The notes under the pieces: model-generated | What the model saw: the letters and a program-made list of their open reading frames with translations, nothing else | Told to the model about the DNA's origin: nothing | The model's database searches: none | Shown here: piece by piece, positions 37,480-48,115 of the stretch | Numbering within the stretch: the first letter of the stretch is position 1 | Layout of the letters: the number at the start of each line of letters is the position of its first letter | Made by a program: the position numbers and the translations under genes | NCBI GenBank assembly: GCA_035317185.1 | Contig: DATHHN010000048.1 | Coordinates: 27,194-91,193, forward strand | Source of the DNA: Edaphobacter sp. | GTDB taxonomy: Bacteria; Acidobacteriota; Terriglobia; Terriglobales; Acidobacteriaceae | Direction: 5' to 3' | DNA: 64,000 nt

Positions 37480-39234
37480 ATGAGGAATTATTTGGGGCTG
37501 TGGCGAGGAATTAATGGCTGTGGCGCGATGCTGGCGCTGGGATGTCTTTTGTTTGGCGGGTTTGCCGTTTCTGCTCACGCTTACGATACAGCGCCACAAC
37601 GCGCTGCCCGGCTTAGCTATCTGCAGGGGAGCGTTACGGTTGTGCGGATGGACAACACCGGAAGCGATACAGCCCAGCTGAATATGCCGCTGGCCGAGGG
37701 GCTGCGTGTGATGACGGGCGAGGATGGTCAGGCAGAGGTGGAGTTTGAGGACGGCAGCCTGGTGCGGTTGACTCCGAACAGCTCGTTGAGCCTCGATCAT
37801 TTGAGCGCGAATTCGAGTGGTAACTTTCAGACGCAACTCGGTTTGGTGCATGGACTGGTTTATGCAGAGCTGCGTGCAGCTTCGAAATATACATATCAAC
37901 TGTATGTTGATGGAGCTGTGGTCTCGCCCGTGGAAAATGCGACGATTCGAATCAATCTGGATGAGCCACCCGCGGTCATTTCGGTGCTCACAGGCAAGGC
38001 CCATGTGGAGCGAGCCAGCTCGCAGGACTCCGATGGCTACCGCACGGATGTGCGTGCGGGCGAGATGTTGACGGCCGATGCGTCGGACGCAGGACGATAT
38101 TTCTTGTCGCAGCAGATCACCGAGGACTCGTGGGATAACTGGAACGAAGAACGCGATCAGGCTGCGGCGGATGAAGCTACCAGACGAACGGCGGCGCGCG
38201 ACAATCTGGAAGGGGACCATGGCTACGGCTGGTCTGATCTGGACGCCAATGGAAGCTGGTACGACGTTCCCGGGCAGGGGCAGGTGTGGCAGCCGACGGT
38301 TGCGATGGATGCGAACTTCGATCCGTACGGCTATGGAAGCTGGGTGTGGTATCCGAGTTCGGGCTACGTTTGGGCGTCTGGGTATAGCTGGGGTTGGACG
38401 CCGTTTCGATGCGGTAACTGGTCGTTCTGGGGCGGTTTTGGCTGGGGCTGGGCTCCGGGAGTGAACTGCGGTTTTGGCGGCTGGGGTTTCCCCGGTGGTG
38501 TCTTCGTGATCAACGTTGTGCAGCCGCCGCGAGGCTATCGGTTCCAGCCGTTGCCGGTGCGTGGCCCCGGTGGCGTTCATCCGATCGTCGTGGTGCACCC
38601 GGGGCGTGGACCCGCGATGCCTTTTCGTCCTGTGCAGGGAGCGCGCACGATCGCCGGGCATACAGTCGAGCCTTTGAGGCCGATCGGCAACAGCTATACA
38701 TCGCGGGGCGGTAGTGCGATGGGGGCTTCGTTGCAGCGTGATTTTCCGATGGACCACAACCATCAGCCGGTGGTTGGTCGCGTTGGAGATCACGGTTCAG
38801 CTCCGGGCTTCAATGCGGGTGGAACTCCGGTTGTCAGACCGGGGACAGATCTGCATTCCGATGGATGGAGACAGGAGAGAGGCCCGAGAACCGCAGATGG
38901 GACGCCAGCAGCTTCGGGTCAGCCGATGCGTCCTCCACCGCCGAACAGTCAGCGGCTGGATGCGATTCAGGGGGCTCATCCGGCGCAGGGAGCGCGTGAT
39001 GATGGGCGTCCAGCGCCGCGTTCAAATCCGCCGGCGCAGTCGTATGTGCCCGGACAAGTTTCTCGCCCCTCGCCTCCGAACCCGGTAGCAAGACCGATCA
39101 GTCCGCCACCACAGGCTCCGCGTTCGATGGCGCCACCACCCATGCCTCGGTCGATGCCATCAGCGCCGGCGCCGCGGATGGCACCACCGCCTTCGGCACC
39201 GGCTGCGCCTCGTGCTGCTCCATCACCGAAGTAG
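37480..39234 (+). CDS. FecR-domain / DUF6600-like protein with a Pro-rich tail
   Basis: AARLSYLQGSV, TGEDGQAEVEFEDGSLVRL, W/G/P/Y-rich repeats (PYGYGSWVWYP..WGWTPFRCGNW), PAPPM-rich C-terminus. Confidence 0.85.
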   Translation: MRNYLGLWRGINGCGAMLALGCLLFGGFAVSAHAYDTAPQRAARLSYLQGSVTVVRMDNTGSDTAQLNMPLAEGLRVMTGEDGQAEVEFEDGSLVRLTPNSSLSLDHLSANSSGNFQTQLGLVHGLVYAELRAASKYTYQLYVDGAVVSPVENATIRINLDEPPAVISVLTGKAHVERASSQDSDGYRTDVRAGEMLTADASDAGRYFLSQQITEDSWDNWNEERDQAAADEATRRTAARDNLEGDHGYGWSDLDANGSWYDVPGQGQVWQPTVAMDANFDPYGYGSWVWYPSSGYVWASGYSWGWTPFRCGNWSFWGGFGWGWAPGVNCGFGGWGFPGGVFVINVVQPPRGYRFQPLPVRGPGGVHPIVVVHPGRGPAMPFRPVQGARTIAGHTVEPLRPIGNSYTSRGGSAMGASLQRDFPMDHNHQPVVGRVGDHGSAPGFNAGGTPVVRPGTDLHSDGWRQERGPRTADGTPAASGQPMRPPPPNSQRLDAIQGAHPAQGARDDGRPAPRSNPPAQSYVPGQVSRPSPPNPVARPISPPPQAPRSMAPPPMPRSMPSAPAPRMAPPPSAPAAPRAAPSPK

Positions 39235-39250
39235 GCCGATAGCCTGCAAA

Positions 39251-40042
39251 TCAAACTTGTAAGGCCCGATAAAGCTCGGCCATAGGTTCCAAGGCCAACG
39301 ACTCTGCACGGGCCTGCGCCGGAATGCTGGCTGGCCATACTACGGCGAGTCGCTCGGCGGGATAACCCGCTGCGCGAAGGTTATTCTGCAGGGTCTTGCG
39401 CTTCTGCGCGAAGCATTGACGGAGGAAGGCATCGAAGCCCTGAGCATCGACGCCTAATTCGGCGAAACGTGGCGCGAACTCTAGTCGCAGAACGGTGGAG
39501 TAGACCTCAGGAGGCGGTGAGAAGGCCGACGGCGGAAGTGTGAAGAGGTGATCGACCTGCGCGTTCATCTGCGCTGTGGCTGAGAGCAAGCCATAGTCGC
39601 GAACGCCGGGAGCGGCCGAGACGCGGTCGGCTACCTCACGCTGCATCATCAGGACGGCTCGCGATACGACGCCAGCGCTGCCCGCGGCGAAGAGCTTAAG
39701 CAGGATGTCGGAGGTGATGTAATAGGGCAGGTTGCCGATGACATCTGCGGTCTCGCCTTCGGGTACAAGCGCTCGAAGGTCTGTCTTTAGCACGTCGGCT
39801 TCGATAACCTGAACCTGAGGCTGGTTGCGGAAGCGAAAGGTCAGTTCAGGAGCGAGGGCGCGGTCGAGTTCGAGGGCGATCAGGTTTTTTGAACGGCCTG
39901 CGAGTATCTCCGTGATGGCTCCCTTTCCGGGACCAATCTCGATAACAGTGCGCTGGGAGAGGTCGCCGAGAGCGTCGACGATGGCGTGGCGGGCAGCATC
40001 ATCCACAAGAAAATTTTGTCCCAGTTTCGGCTTGCGTTTCAT
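39251..40042 (-). CDS. rsmA: 16S rRNA m6(2)A1518/1519 dimethyltransferase
   Basis: LGQNFL, IEIGPGKGAIT, IGNLPYYITS, MMQREVADR, FSPPPEVYS, FAQKRKTL. Confidence 0.97.
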   Translation of the reverse strand: MKRKPKLGQNFLVDDAARHAIVDALGDLSQRTVIEIGPGKGAITEILAGRSKNLIALELDRALAPELTFRFRNQPQVQVIEADVLKTDLRALVPEGETADVIGNLPYYITSDILLKLFAAGSAGVVSRAVLMMQREVADRVSAAPGVRDYGLLSATAQMNAQVDHLFTLPPSAFSPPPEVYSTVLRLEFAPRFAELGVDAQGFDAFLRQCFAQKRKTLQNNLRAAGYPAERLAVVWPASIPAQARAESLALEPMAELYRALQV

Positions 40043-40121
40043 ATGCATCCAATATCTTCGGCTTGTATCTATATCTCTTGTATAGACTAACTGTTTGATC
40101 GCGAAGGCAAAGGAAGGCTAC

Positions 40122-41570
40122 ATGCATATTGTGTTTGCAGCATCGGAGTGCGCACCCTGGGCAAAGACGGGAGGCCTGGCGGATGTCGTCAAGAGCCTGC
40201 CGAAAGAGTTGGTCAAGTTGGGGCATAAGGTAAGTGTCTTTCTGCCGTACTATCGCCAGGTTGCGAAGCTCGTTCCCGACGCTCCGGTGGTATTCCCCAG
40301 TGTCACGATTCCGTTTCCGTCGTACAACCGTTTCGTGAGCATTCTGGATGGTGGAGTAGCCGACGGGGTCCAGACGTACTTTGTGAATAGCCCTGAGCTC
40401 TTCGATCGCGAGAACTTTTATGCAACGCCGTCGGGCGACTATCCCGATAATGCAGAACGCTTTGGCCTGCTGAGCCGTGCTGTCATCGAGGCGTCGAAGG
40501 TATTGGGCGTACCCGACGTCTTCCATGTGCACGATTGGCAGACGGCCATGCTGGCCGTGCTGCTGCGCTCGACCTACTACTTCGATCCGGTATTGCGGCA
40601 TGTACCCGTTTTGCTGACGATCCACAACGCGGGCTATCAGGGGTTGTTTCCTCCGCGGACCATGGAGACGTTGTTGCTGCCGTGGGATATGTTCACCTTC
40701 GAGAAGCTGGAGCAGAATGACAATGTGAATTTCCTAAAGGGCGGCATCGTTTATGCCGATGCGCTTACGACCGTAAGTCAGAAATATGCCCAGGAGATTC
40801 AGACGGCGGAGTATGGCAATGGACTTGAAGCGGTAATACAGCGGCGCAGCGGAGATCTCTTTGGCATATTGAACGGTGTCGATTACGACGAATGGAATCC
40901 GGCGACCGATCCGCACATCGCGGCACATTACTCTGCTGAAAAACCTGCCGGCAAAAAAGAGTGCAGGCGCGATCTGCTGCACGCTTTTGGCCTCGAAGGC
41001 GTGAGCGACGAAACGGCCGTGATCGGCATAGTCTCGCGCTTTGCAACGCAGAAAGGCTTCGACTTCATCGTGGAGATTATGGACCGGCTGGTTCAGGAGG
41101 ATATGGTTCTGGTGATCCTTGGCAACGGTGAGGAGTACTATGAGCGGCTGCTGGTCGAGATGGCCGAGCGGTATTCTTCGAAGGTGCGAGTGCAGGTGAA
41201 GTTCGACAATGTGATGGCGCACAAGATCGAGGCCGGAGCGGATATGTTCCTGATGCCTTCACGCTACGAGCCGGGTGGATTGAACCAGATCTATAGCTTG
41301 AAGTACGGGACAGTACCGATCGTCCGAGCCACCGGCGGACTGGACGACACGATCGACGAGGAGCCCGATGGCGGTGGCAATGGGTTTAAATTCTGGGGCT
41401 ACGATTCCAGTGATTTGATGGATGCCATACAACGCGCGCTCGTCGTCTTCCGCAATAAAAAGCAGTGGATGAAGATGATGAAGCGTGGCATGGGGCAGGA
41501 CTTCTCGTGGGAAAAGCCTGCGCAGGAGTACGTGCGCGTGTATGAGCGGACGATACAGAACCGAAGTTAG
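40122..41570 (+). CDS. glgA: Glycogen synthase
   Basis: PWAKTGGLADV, HVHDWQT, TIHNAGYQG, GILNGVDY, SRFATQKG, PSRYEPGGLNQ, TGGLDDT. Confidence 0.97.
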   Translation: MHIVFAASECAPWAKTGGLADVVKSLPKELVKLGHKVSVFLPYYRQVAKLVPDAPVVFPSVTIPFPSYNRFVSILDGGVADGVQTYFVNSPELFDRENFYATPSGDYPDNAERFGLLSRAVIEASKVLGVPDVFHVHDWQTAMLAVLLRSTYYFDPVLRHVPVLLTIHNAGYQGLFPPRTMETLLLPWDMFTFEKLEQNDNVNFLKGGIVYADALTTVSQKYAQEIQTAEYGNGLEAVIQRRSGDLFGILNGVDYDEWNPATDPHIAAHYSAEKPAGKKECRRDLLHAFGLEGVSDETAVIGIVSRFATQKGFDFIVEIMDRLVQEDMVLVILGNGEEYYERLLVEMAERYSSKVRVQVKFDNVMAHKIEAGADMFLMPSRYEPGGLNQIYSLKYGTVPIVRATGGLDDTIDEEPDGGGNGFKFWGYDSSDLMDAIQRALVVFRNKKQWMKMMKRGMGQDFSWEKPAQEYVRVYERTIQNRS

Positions 41571-42922
41571 TTTGTTCGTCGGCGTTGCAGGAAGCGATGC
41601 AGTGGAATGCCGAGCAGGATGATACCTGAGCCGATCAGCGAGTTGCGCGGCTGGTCGGCGAAGGAGAAGACCAGAAGCACAATTGCGGCGAGGATGAAAA
41701 GCGCTGGCAGAAAAGGATATCCCCAGACGCTGTAGGGACGACTGGCAGGAGGGTCGCGGCGGCGGAAGATAAAAATGGTGCTGGAGGTCATCGCGTAGAA
41801 AAGCCATTCTCCGAAGATGGCCAGCGAGAAGAGAGCCTGGAATTTTCCGATGGCGAGCAACAGCAGGGAACTGAGCACGGCCTGAAGAATGAGGGCAGCG
41901 GAAGGGGTTTGAAATCGCGGATGGACGTAGGCGAGGCCTTTGAAGAAGAGGCCATCACGCGCGGCTGCAAAGGGGACTCGCGCTCCGGATAACGACGAGC
42001 CGACGAAGGTTGCGGCGATGCTGACGGCCATTCCGAGGGAGACCAGTGTTGCGCCCCAGTTGCCTGCAACGAGGCGCATGGCATCGGCGGCAGGCCGGTC
42101 GACGGTAGCGATGACAGAGGCTGGTAACACGTACTGAATCGCTGCGTTGGTTAGCATGTACAGTCCGCCGACGATGGCGACACCAGCTATCAAAGCGATG
42201 GGCATGCTGCGCTGGGGACGTTCGACCTCGCCTGCCATGGTGGTCACGTCGCTCCATCCGTCGTAGGCCCATAGTGCGGCGACAAGGGCGATCATGAAGC
42301 CGGAGAAACCCCGCTTTGCGCCTGCGAAGTCAGTGGCGAAGTTGTGCCATCCACCGTGCGCAGAACCTGCATTAAAGCAGAAGCCGGCGATAACGAGAAT
42401 CAGTAGCCCTTTGAGCCAGGTAAGCACAAGCTGAACATTCGCAGAACGGCGAGTGCCTACGATGTTGAGAAGAGTGATGAGCCAGGTTACGGTGATGGCG
42501 AAGAGTTGGCCCCATAGCAATCCGGCGAACGCTGGCTGCGAAAATGTGCTGAAGATCGAGAAGGTCGCGAGTACTCGCGTGAGCCCGGATGCGACGGTGG
42601 CCAGCGATGCCGGCTTGGCAACGGTGATCTGAGTCCACATGTAGAGGAAGCCCATCTGGTCGCCGTAGGCCTCGCGGAGGAAGGCGTATTCGCCGCCATA
42701 TTTGGGGCGCGCGGCGGCGATCTCGGCGTAGGTCATGGCTCCGAAGAGCGAGAGCAGGCCGCCGACGATCCATACAACATAGACCATGCGCGAGGAGCCT
42801 ACCGCGGCCATCATCTCTCGCGGGACAAGGAAAATGCCGCTGCCGATGATGATGCCGACGACGATCGCCGTCGCGTGGGAGACGTTCAGAACGCGGGGTA
42901 GCTCAGACCGGGTTTCTTTCAT
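41567..42922 (-). CDS. APC-family amino acid permease (LAT-like)
   Basis: VGIIIGSGIF, YAEIAA..PKYGGEY, LWAYDGW..MAGEV, HPRFQTP. Confidence 0.92.
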   Translation of the reverse strand: MKETRSELPRVLNVSHATAIVVGIIIGSGIFLVPREMMAAVGSSRMVYVVWIVGGLLSLFGAMTYAEIAAARPKYGGEYAFLREAYGDQMGFLYMWTQITVAKPASLATVASGLTRVLATFSIFSTFSQPAFAGLLWGQLFAITVTWLITLLNIVGTRRSANVQLVLTWLKGLLILVIAGFCFNAGSAHGGWHNFATDFAGAKRGFSGFMIALVAALWAYDGWSDVTTMAGEVERPQRSMPIALIAGVAIVGGLYMLTNAAIQYVLPASVIATVDRPAADAMRLVAGNWGATLVSLGMAVSIAATFVGSSLSGARVPFAAARDGLFFKGLAYVHPRFQTPSAALILQAVLSSLLLLAIGKFQALFSLAIFGEWLFYAMTSSTIFIFRRRDPPASRPYSVWGYPFLPALFILAAIVLLVFSFADQPRNSLIGSGIILLGIPLHRFLQRRRTN

Positions 42923-42974
42923 GGGTTGCACGGAGAGTAGCACATGGATGCGCCGTCCCCGCAACCATAAAAAG

Positions 42975-44567
42975 TTAGATGTAATGCTTAAAGCTGAGCC
43001 AGTCCTCGAGAACATTTTTGCGGCGGCCACGGACGAGATAGATATTTCGGCGCTCGTAGGGCATGGAGTATGGGTTATCCATGCGGCCGGCAATCTGGAC
43101 GGAGTCGTAGAACTTGTGCATCTCCTCCGGTGTGGCTCCGTTAATGACGATCATCACGTTGCCGGTCGCGCCGCGTGGTCCCCACAGCCAGTAGCTGTTA
43201 TGCCCGCTGATGGCTGTGGGTAGGCCGTGGCCGAGGAAGTTGATCGCGCTGGCTTCACCGTAGTTCGAGGTGTAGATTGCGACCTTTGCCTGATCCTCAG
43301 GCGATAGCGAGTGATAGATTCTGCTCACCTGGTCGACCTCTTCCTGCCATCCGAAGCGATCGGCGTAAAACTGCGGCAGCGGCCCGCTGGATTCGTTCTC
43401 CGTGTTGTCGCTTGCGCTATAGAGATGAATCGCTTTGGTGTAGGCGATCCAGGTGGATGGCCGCATGACTGGTATCGCCATGGGCAGAATCAAAACTCCG
43501 AAGACGACGATCACTGTCTCCAAAACGGGGAAGGCGAAGATGCGATTTTCAGTGACGCGTCGTCGGCTTGCGAAGCGCTGCTCCCATGCAATACCACCGG
43601 CGGCGAAGAGAATCGGATAGATGGGCGCGACGTAGTAGTCTTTGGCGTGCATCACCATCATGACGGCGAGAAAGAAGATGTAGGTGAGGCCAAGCCAGCG
43701 CCAGCTCTTTGCCAACGGGTTGCGCAGAAGCCAGACCAGGCCGGCGACCCAGACCAACACGGTTACGGGCTGGAGATTCATAATCTGCTTACCGAGGAAG
43801 GCCAGGGCAGAGAGCTTGATGTTCTTGTTTTCGATCTGACCGTTCCGTAGAAATTCGAGCGTCGGCCAATGATTGTGGATCTGCCACATCAGGTTCGGCA
43901 GAGCGATAAGGATCATCAGCGCGATACCTGCCGCTGCCCATTTGCTGAAGAGCAGGCGGCGCTGCGGCGTAAGCAGCAGACCAATGAGTAAAGCGACAAG
44001 AAAGAAGGTCATCGAAGGTTTGTTCAGCAGGCCAAGGCCCCCGGAGACACCCAGAAGGAGCCAGATTTTTTCGGAGCCACCGCGCACAATCAGAATGAGA
44101 ACAAGCAGGCACCCCATCCAGAAGAACGACTCGAACGAGTTCATGGAGAGGTAACCGTCCGTACCCAGATACTGCGGCGCGATGAGCACACATAGCATGG
44201 CAAGGCTCTGAGCTGGTCTTCTTCCACCCAATGCCCATGCAAGAATTCCTGTAAGGAAGACTCGCCCCGCCCCGCCGAGGGCCGAGAGCATTCGGATTCC
44301 TGCGAGCGATTTGCCAAAGAGCGCGAGTGCGAGCTTCGACTGAATGGCTATGCCGGGGCCGTGATCGACGTATCCCCAGGCAAGATTGCGCCCGCAGATG
44401 ATGTAGTAGAACTCATCACGAAAGTAGCCGTAACCGATGTGCGCCTGCCACAGGTTCGTTGCAATATGTAGGACTAGCTTGATTGCAGCAAAGAGAGCCG
44501 CGAGCTTCAGAGCGGATCGTAACGAAGGATCGGCGGGGCGAACGAAGGTTGTATGCGCACTCGACAT
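42975..44567 (-). CDS. GT-C membrane glycosyltransferase (PMT/ArnT-like)
   Basis: YFRDEFYY..LAWGYVDH, GLLNKPS, PNLMWQIHNHWP, many TM helices, soluble C-terminus (NYGEASAI, SGHNSYWLWG). Confidence 0.88.
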   Translation of the reverse strand: MSSAHTTFVRPADPSLRSALKLAALFAAIKLVLHIATNLWQAHIGYGYFRDEFYYIICGRNLAWGYVDHGPGIAIQSKLALALFGKSLAGIRMLSALGGAGRVFLTGILAWALGGRRPAQSLAMLCVLIAPQYLGTDGYLSMNSFESFFWMGCLLVLILIVRGGSEKIWLLLGVSGGLGLLNKPSMTFFLVALLIGLLLTPQRRLLFSKWAAAGIALMILIALPNLMWQIHNHWPTLEFLRNGQIENKNIKLSALAFLGKQIMNLQPVTVLVWVAGLVWLLRNPLAKSWRWLGLTYIFFLAVMMVMHAKDYYVAPIYPILFAAGGIAWEQRFASRRRVTENRIFAFPVLETVIVVFGVLILPMAIPVMRPSTWIAYTKAIHLYSASDNTENESSGPLPQFYADRFGWQEEVDQVSRIYHSLSPEDQAKVAIYTSNYGEASAINFLGHGLPTAISGHNSYWLWGPRGATGNVMIVINGATPEEMHKFYDSVQIAGRMDNPYSMPYERRNIYLVRGRRKNVLEDWLSFKHYI

Positions 44568-44659
44568 TCTTGAGATCTCCGGAAGCTTTCAGCATTGCAT
44601 ACGGATTCGCCATCATGATGGTTCACAAAAAAATATTTACCGAAGTTGCTGTCAGGAAC

Positions 44660-46651
44660 TCAATTCAATACGGTGAGGGCGGAGGCTTGCGCCGGATCGG
44701 ATTCGCCGTCGAAGTATTTTCGGATGCGTTCTGCTGTCGCGGCGTTTACGACTGCTGTCAGCGCATCAGATTTTGCCTGCCGTATGCCGCGAATACTGCC
44801 GAAGTGTTCGATCAGCCGTTGCCGCGTTCGCGGGCCGACGCCGGGTATCGAGAGAAGCTCGCTGTCGCGGTCGCGCATCTGTCTGCGCTTGCGGTGGTAT
44901 GTCACGGCGAATCGATGGCTCTCGTCGCGGATCTTCTGGATCAAATGCAGTACAGGCGAACGGCGATCGAGCACAACCGGTTCATTCTCCTGGCCGTAGA
45001 CGTAGATGATCTCCTCGCGTTTGGCGATTGAGGCCAGTGGCTGCAGCGTGACGCCGATCTCCTCGAGTGCGGTATAAGCAGCGTGCAGTTGGCCAAGACC
45101 GCCGTCGATTAGGATCAATGAGGGGAATGGTTTGTTGTCATCGAGCAATCGTTTGTAGCGGCGCTGTATAACCTCGCGCATGCTGGCGAAGTCGTCGACG
45201 CCGCTGACGGTCTTCACCTGGAACTTGCGATAGTCGGACTTCTTCATCGCGCCGTCTTCCCATACGACCATGGAGGCCACAGTCTCCGCGCCCTGGATAT
45301 GCGAGATATCGAAGCACTCAATTCTGCGAGGCAGTTCTTCTAAAGTGAGCGCATACTGCAACGCCTCCTGAATCGCCTTGATCGAAGGCTGTAAGACACG
45401 GAAGCGCTGATCGTACGACTGCTTGGCATTCTGGCAGACGAGATCAACGAGCGAGCGCTTCTCCCCTCGTTGTGGCGCGAGGATTTCGATGCGCTTTCCG
45501 GTGCGCTCGGTCAAAACTTCAGCCAGCAAAGCACGGTCGGCAAACTCAACCGGCACAAGGATCGATCGCGGAATGTAGCTCTGGTCGAGGTAAAGCTGTT
45601 TGAGCAGCGCGGAGAAAAACTCTGCCGGACTGAAGACTCCGCTAAGCTCCGATATAGGTGAGTATTGGACCACCGGGATATCTTCTTCGATCTCCGGCGC
45701 AGGCGTTGATGGGTCTGGTTCCATGCGAGGAGTAGCCTGCTCTTCCTCCTTGACCGCTGCGAGTTCATTCAGAGTTTCAGATAGAAATTCAGGCAGATCT
45801 TCCCAGAAAAAATCGCGCCGATCGACGATCTTGCCTCCACGCATGTGGAAGAGATTGACGGCAAGCATCTCGTTCTCGTAGTGGTAGCCGAAGACGTCGG
45901 CGTCCTCATTCTCCGCGCTGGCAATCCGCTGCTTGTCCTGCATCTGATGTACGGTGACGATCTGATCGCGGAGCCGTGCCGCAAGCTCGAACTGCTCCGT
46001 CTCCGCTGCGATCTCCATACGCTTTGTCAGCGACTGCTCCAGCTCATTCGGCTTGCCTTCGAGGAAGAGCTGCACATCGCGAACCGTTTGTTTGTAGGTC
46101 TCGGGCGTCGTAAATCCTTCGACACAGGGGCCGAGGCAACGCTTGATGTAGTACTGCAGACACGCCCGAGGATGGTAGCGCGAGAGATCGACCTTGCAGC
46201 TTGGAATGAGAAAGCTGCGGTGGATTAGATCGACGAGGCGGTAGGCCAGATTACCGGGAAAGTAGGGGCCGAAGTACAAGCTTCCATCTTTGCGAAGGCG
46301 TCGCGTGACGAAGACCTTGGGATAACGGTCGCCCATGGTGAGCTTGATGTAAGGGTAGGTTTTGTCGTCGCGCAGAAGAATGTTGAAGCGCGGCTTCTTT
46401 TGTTTGATGAGGTTGTTCTCGAGTGCGAGCGCCTCATGCTCGTTGGCGACCGTGATGTATTCGACATCGACGGCCTCGCGCATCAAGGAACCTGTCTTCG
46501 CGTTGGCCTGCGACGCCTCTAGAAAATAGGACCGCACACGCGCACGAAGATTCTTCGCCTTGCCGACGTAGATAACCTCACCCTCGGCGTTCTTGTAGAG
46601 ATAGCAGCCGGGTTGCGTGGGGATGGTACGAATTTTCTGGTGGAGATCCAT
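44660..46651 (-). CDS. uvrC: Excinuclease ABC subunit C
   Basis: GIY-YIG (PGCYLY..IYVGKAKNLRARV), RIECFDISH, KSDYRKF, LIDGGLGQL, IRDESHRFA, HhH GVGP. Confidence 0.98.
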   Translation of the reverse strand: MDLHQKIRTIPTQPGCYLYKNAEGEVIYVGKAKNLRARVRSYFLEASQANAKTGSLMREAVDVEYITVANEHEALALENNLIKQKKPRFNILLRDDKTYPYIKLTMGDRYPKVFVTRRLRKDGSLYFGPYFPGNLAYRLVDLIHRSFLIPSCKVDLSRYHPRACLQYYIKRCLGPCVEGFTTPETYKQTVRDVQLFLEGKPNELEQSLTKRMEIAAETEQFELAARLRDQIVTVHQMQDKQRIASAENEDADVFGYHYENEMLAVNLFHMRGGKIVDRRDFFWEDLPEFLSETLNELAAVKEEEQATPRMEPDPSTPAPEIEEDIPVVQYSPISELSGVFSPAEFFSALLKQLYLDQSYIPRSILVPVEFADRALLAEVLTERTGKRIEILAPQRGEKRSLVDLVCQNAKQSYDQRFRVLQPSIKAIQEALQYALTLEELPRRIECFDISHIQGAETVASMVVWEDGAMKKSDYRKFQVKTVSGVDDFASMREVIQRRYKRLLDDNKPFPSLILIDGGLGQLHAAYTALEEIGVTLQPLASIAKREEIIYVYGQENEPVVLDRRSPVLHLIQKIRDESHRFAVTYHRKRRQMRDRDSELLSIPGVGPRTRQRLIEHFGSIRGIRQAKSDALTAVVNAATAERIRKYFDGESDPAQASALTVLN

Positions 46652-46902
46652 GCGTAAATCAATCCCGCGTCTCAGTTTAGACGGAGGACCGCGAACCAGC
46701 ATCCTTGAGTGCCTGAGTAGATTTGACGCATGACTGTATCAAAAGTTCCAGATTCGCCAGCAGGCCTAAAGGTCTCCATTGATAGATGTGTTGCCGCAAG
46801 TCATTGAAATGGCGTGGTATCGGGCGATTCATTCTTTGGCACGGCGATTGCTTTAGGTAACAGTGTTGAAGATTGTTTCAACCTAAACAGGAGATGAAAC
46901 CA

Positions 46903-47667
46903 ATGAGCTCCAATATGCAATCAGATAGCTTTACCGATACGAAGATGAAATCGGCTTTCCAGGTAGCAGTTGCAAGCGCTCTCGTCCTTGGTTTGACCGT
47001 AGGATGCTCGAGCAAAAATTACGTCCGCTCCCAGACAGCCCCACTTATTCAACAGACTAATGACCTTGATGCCAAAACTGCTGCGGATCACCGCAACATC
47101 GTCGACACCGATGAGCGCGCGCAGAAAGGCATAGGCACGGCACAGAATGCAGCCGATACAGCCGATCAGCACGCTCTCACTGCTGGTCAGTCAGCTGATT
47201 CCGCAGGGCGCTCCGCACAAGAAGCCTACAACCGCGTCGATAGCCTTAGCGGTGTAGTCGCCAATCTCGATAACTACAAGCCTCTCGCCGACGTCAGCGT
47301 TAACTTCGCCTTCGACAAGGCAGTCCTTACCGCAGCCGACCGGTCGCAGCTTGATGATTTTGCGGCCCACCTCACGAATGCGCGATTCTATATCCTCGCT
47401 GTAACGGGCGGGACCGATTCTGTTGGCGATAGAAACTACAACTATCAGCTCAGCCAGCGCCGTGCAGATGCGGTCGTGAACTATTTGGCGACTAAGTACA
47501 ACATTCCCCCGCGCAAGTTCTACCTCATTGGCATCGGCAAGGACCAGGAGGTCGCGAGCAATTCGACCGCCGCTGGACGAGCCAAGAATCGCCGCGTCGA
47601 GATCAAGCTCATGAGCAATATGAGCGATCAGCCTACCTCAGCTTCGGTGCACCCGAACGGTCAATAG
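46903..47667 (+). CDS. OmpA-family lipoprotein
   Basis: Lipobox LTVGC; FAFDKAVL, GGTDSVG..YNYQLSQRRADAV, RAKNRRVEI. Confidence 0.9.
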   Translation: MSSNMQSDSFTDTKMKSAFQVAVASALVLGLTVGCSSKNYVRSQTAPLIQQTNDLDAKTAADHRNIVDTDERAQKGIGTAQNAADTADQHALTAGQSADSAGRSAQEAYNRVDSLSGVVANLDNYKPLADVSVNFAFDKAVLTAADRSQLDDFAAHLTNARFYILAVTGGTDSVGDRNYNYQLSQRRADAVVNYLATKYNIPPRKFYLIGIGKDQEVASNSTAAGRAKNRRVEIKLMSNMSDQPTSASVHPNGQ

Positions 47668-47817
47668 TTATTGGCTAGCCGATAAGCTTCGCAACAAAAA
47701 CTGCTACACAAACCCAACCAAAAGCAGCGCATTCGGAGTGCTACGAACGCGCTGCTCCCCTCTCCCAGTGGCGGCAGGGAGCACTTTGTAATGCCCTGCC
47801 AGCCAGCCTTTGCAGTT

Positions 47818-48021
47818 CTAGGTTTTCAGCTTCAGATAGACGAACCCCAGTAAAGCCGAGGCAAGAATGACCCAGGCAAACTGGTACCAGTAGAAAAAGG
47901 GAAAACCCCACAGTGCAGGCGTAGAGCGAGCATAGATCTGCGGGAAGCAAAGCGCGAGATACGGTAGCGCCAGAAGGAGAGTCCATCTGCTTCTTTTTCT
48001 TTTGGGATCGGTTGAATTCAT
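47818..48021 (-). CDS. DUF3311-family small membrane protein
   Basis: P..YAR..P.L.GFPFFYWYQ..W signature. Confidence 0.85.
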   Translation of the reverse strand: MNSTDPKRKRSRWTLLLALPYLALCFPQIYARSTPALWGFPFFYWYQFAWVILASALLGFVYLKLKT

Positions 48022-48115
48022 CGTCTCTCTTTTACGTCGGTGAGTCAGACCCTCTCAGCGCATGATGCTATCACGATAGATGCTACTGAGCCGTGCGTTC
48101 GGGTAAAGTGGAGCT

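Noticed and set aside
37444-38793. 449-aa minus-strand ORF, and similar shadows at 3006-3977, 8183-9310 and 30340-31731
   Set aside because: Antisense to well-supported genes, with no domain features.
38900-39234. Repetitive CCG/GCA-rich sequence
   Set aside because: Explained by the Pro-rich C-terminal tail of the FecR/DUF6600 protein.
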